Part shown: positions 63,037-64,000 of the stretch, piece by piece | Layout of the letters: each line of letters begins with the position of its first letter | Numbering within the stretch: position 1 is the first letter of the stretch | NCBI GenBank assembly: GCA_021298195.1 | Contig: JAJTEQ010000001.1 | Location: 102,110 to 166,109 of the forward strand | Source of the DNA: Ilumatobacteraceae bacterium | GTDB taxonomy: Bacteria; Actinomycetota; Acidimicrobiia; Acidimicrobiales; Ilumatobacteraceae | Length of the DNA stretch: 64,000 nt | Direction of reading: 5' to 3' | Translations under genes and position numbers: made by a program | The notes under the pieces: generated by a model | What the model was told of the DNA's origin: nothing | Seen by the model: only the letters and a program-made list of their open reading frames with translations | The model's database searches: none

Positions 63037-64000
63037 ATGCGCATCCTCGGGTTTCCCGTACAGATACGGCCCGGATTCGTCCTGTTCATGCTGTTGATCG
63101 TGGTGGTGAACGGCCAACCCATGGGATATTGGTTGGCCGGATCGGTCACCGTGTTCACCCTCGTGCACGAGTTGGGGCACGCGGTCGCCGCCCGCCGTAC
63201 GGGCGCCACCGCCAGTATCTCGCTGGACTTTCTCGCGGGATACGCGTCGTTCACCCCGACACGAGTGCTCACGCGCGGTGAGCGCGCCTCCATCGCGCTG
63301 GCCGGCCCGGGAATTCAGATCGTCCTCGGCGTGGCCGCGCTCTTGGTGATGGGAGTGAATCCGCTCTCGCACGACGACTTCGCGTCGGACTATTCGTCGC
63401 TCGCCATCTGGTGGGCCGGACCGATGATCGGGCTCTTCAACCTCATTCCGGTATTGCCACTCGACGGCGGCACCATCGCCGGCGAGATCATCGACGTCTT
63501 CAAGCCCGGTCGGGGCCGGGCGGTGATGGCGCGCGTCAGCCCGCCCGCCACGGCGGTGGCGTTCGTACTGATGGTGTTGATCGAAGATCTGCGTCCCCTG
63601 GCCGCGTTCGCCGCCATCCTCTTGGTGTTGCAGATGCAACTGGTCTCGTCGCGGACACCGGTTCGCCGCGTGCACGCCGATGCCGAGGACCTGGCGTGGA
63701 AGTCCGGACGCCCCGGCATGCTGGTGCCCCCGCAGGTCACCTCACCGTGGTGGGAGGCGCACCAACTCCTGAACACCGGGCGCGACGAGGCTGCGGTCGC
63801 GGTCATCCTCGACGATCTGGCGGGGCGCCGCGCCGGTCAATGGTGGCCACCCCATGCCGCCACGCCTGCGCAGCTCGAACCGTTGGTGGAGCGCGTGGTG
63901 GCTCGACTCCCCGAACCGCATCAGAACGACCGAACGCAGTCCGCCGCCGTCCTGGTGGACGTGCTGCGTCGCACCGGACGTCCCGAGGTGGCCGCACGAT
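63037..64000 (+). CDS. site-2 protease (M50) family metalloprotease, 3'-truncated by the window edge
   Basis: My own translation from ATG 63037: MRILGFPVQIRPGFVLFMLLIVV...TLVHELGHAVAARR (HExxH) ... FNLIPVLPLDGG. The frame is open to position 64000, and the ORF is absent from the track because no stop lies within the window. Confidence 0.75.
   Translation, partial: MRILGFPVQIRPGFVLFMLLIVVVNGQPMGYWLAGSVTVFTLVHELGHAVAARRTGATASISLDFLAGYASFTPTRVLTRGERASIALAGPGIQIVLGVAALLVMGVNPLSHDDFASDYSSLAIWWAGPMIGLFNLIPVLPLDGGTIAGEIIDVFKPGRGRAVMARVSPPATAVAFVLMVLIEDLRPLAAFAAILLVLQMQLVSSRTPVRRVHADAEDLAWKSGRPGMLVPPQVTSPWWEAHQLLNTGRDEAAVAVILDDLAGRRAGQWWPPHAATPAQLEPLVERVVARLPEPHQNDRTQSAAVLVDVLRRTGRPEVAAR

Overview
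High-GC actinobacterial-type chromosomal core segment; G+C was judged by eye, not computed. Gene order matches conserved Actinomycetota neighbourhoods: miaB-miaA-dapF-hflX, a LysM/ChiZ-like gene divergent from lexA with nrdR next door, and a DEDD-exonuclease gene beside trpD. I call about 67 protein genes (one runs off the 3' edge and is missing from the ORF track), one RNase P RNA, NrdR and LexA operators, two promoters and one bidirectional terminator. I saw no rRNA, tRNA, CRISPR array, transposase, integrase or phage genes, so this looks like housekeeping and metabolic DNA rather than an island. Functions include acyl-CoA metabolism, glycerol-3-phosphate metabolism, B12-dependent enzymes (a split acyl-CoA mutase and class II RNR NrdJ), tRNA modification, DnaG plus a sigma-70 factor, PPDK and cell-wall hydrolases. 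The most interesting signal is at 4239..4772 (-). Two ORF-track fragments are one in-frame TlpA/DsbE (MPT53)-like lipoprotein redoxin, interrupted by a single TGA exactly where the first Cys of the CxxC motif should be (WFWAPG-U-TQC-NNEAP). A hairpin with a GGUC tetraloop, like the E. coli fdhF SECIS, follows it. This is a candidate unannotated exported selenoprotein, translationally coupled to an EamA transporter. Secondary leads are a Fur/PerR - rubrerythrin - HdrD/GlpC-like Fe-S protein - DUF3501 cluster, a membrane-anchored M15 peptidase carrying three copies of an uncharacterised Cys-containing repeat, a paired ferritin-like module in which only one partner has a Tat-lipoprotein signal, and a 519-bp nrdJ upstream region rich in motifs. 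Start codons are often uncertain. All family assignments come from motif recognition by eye, not from database searches.
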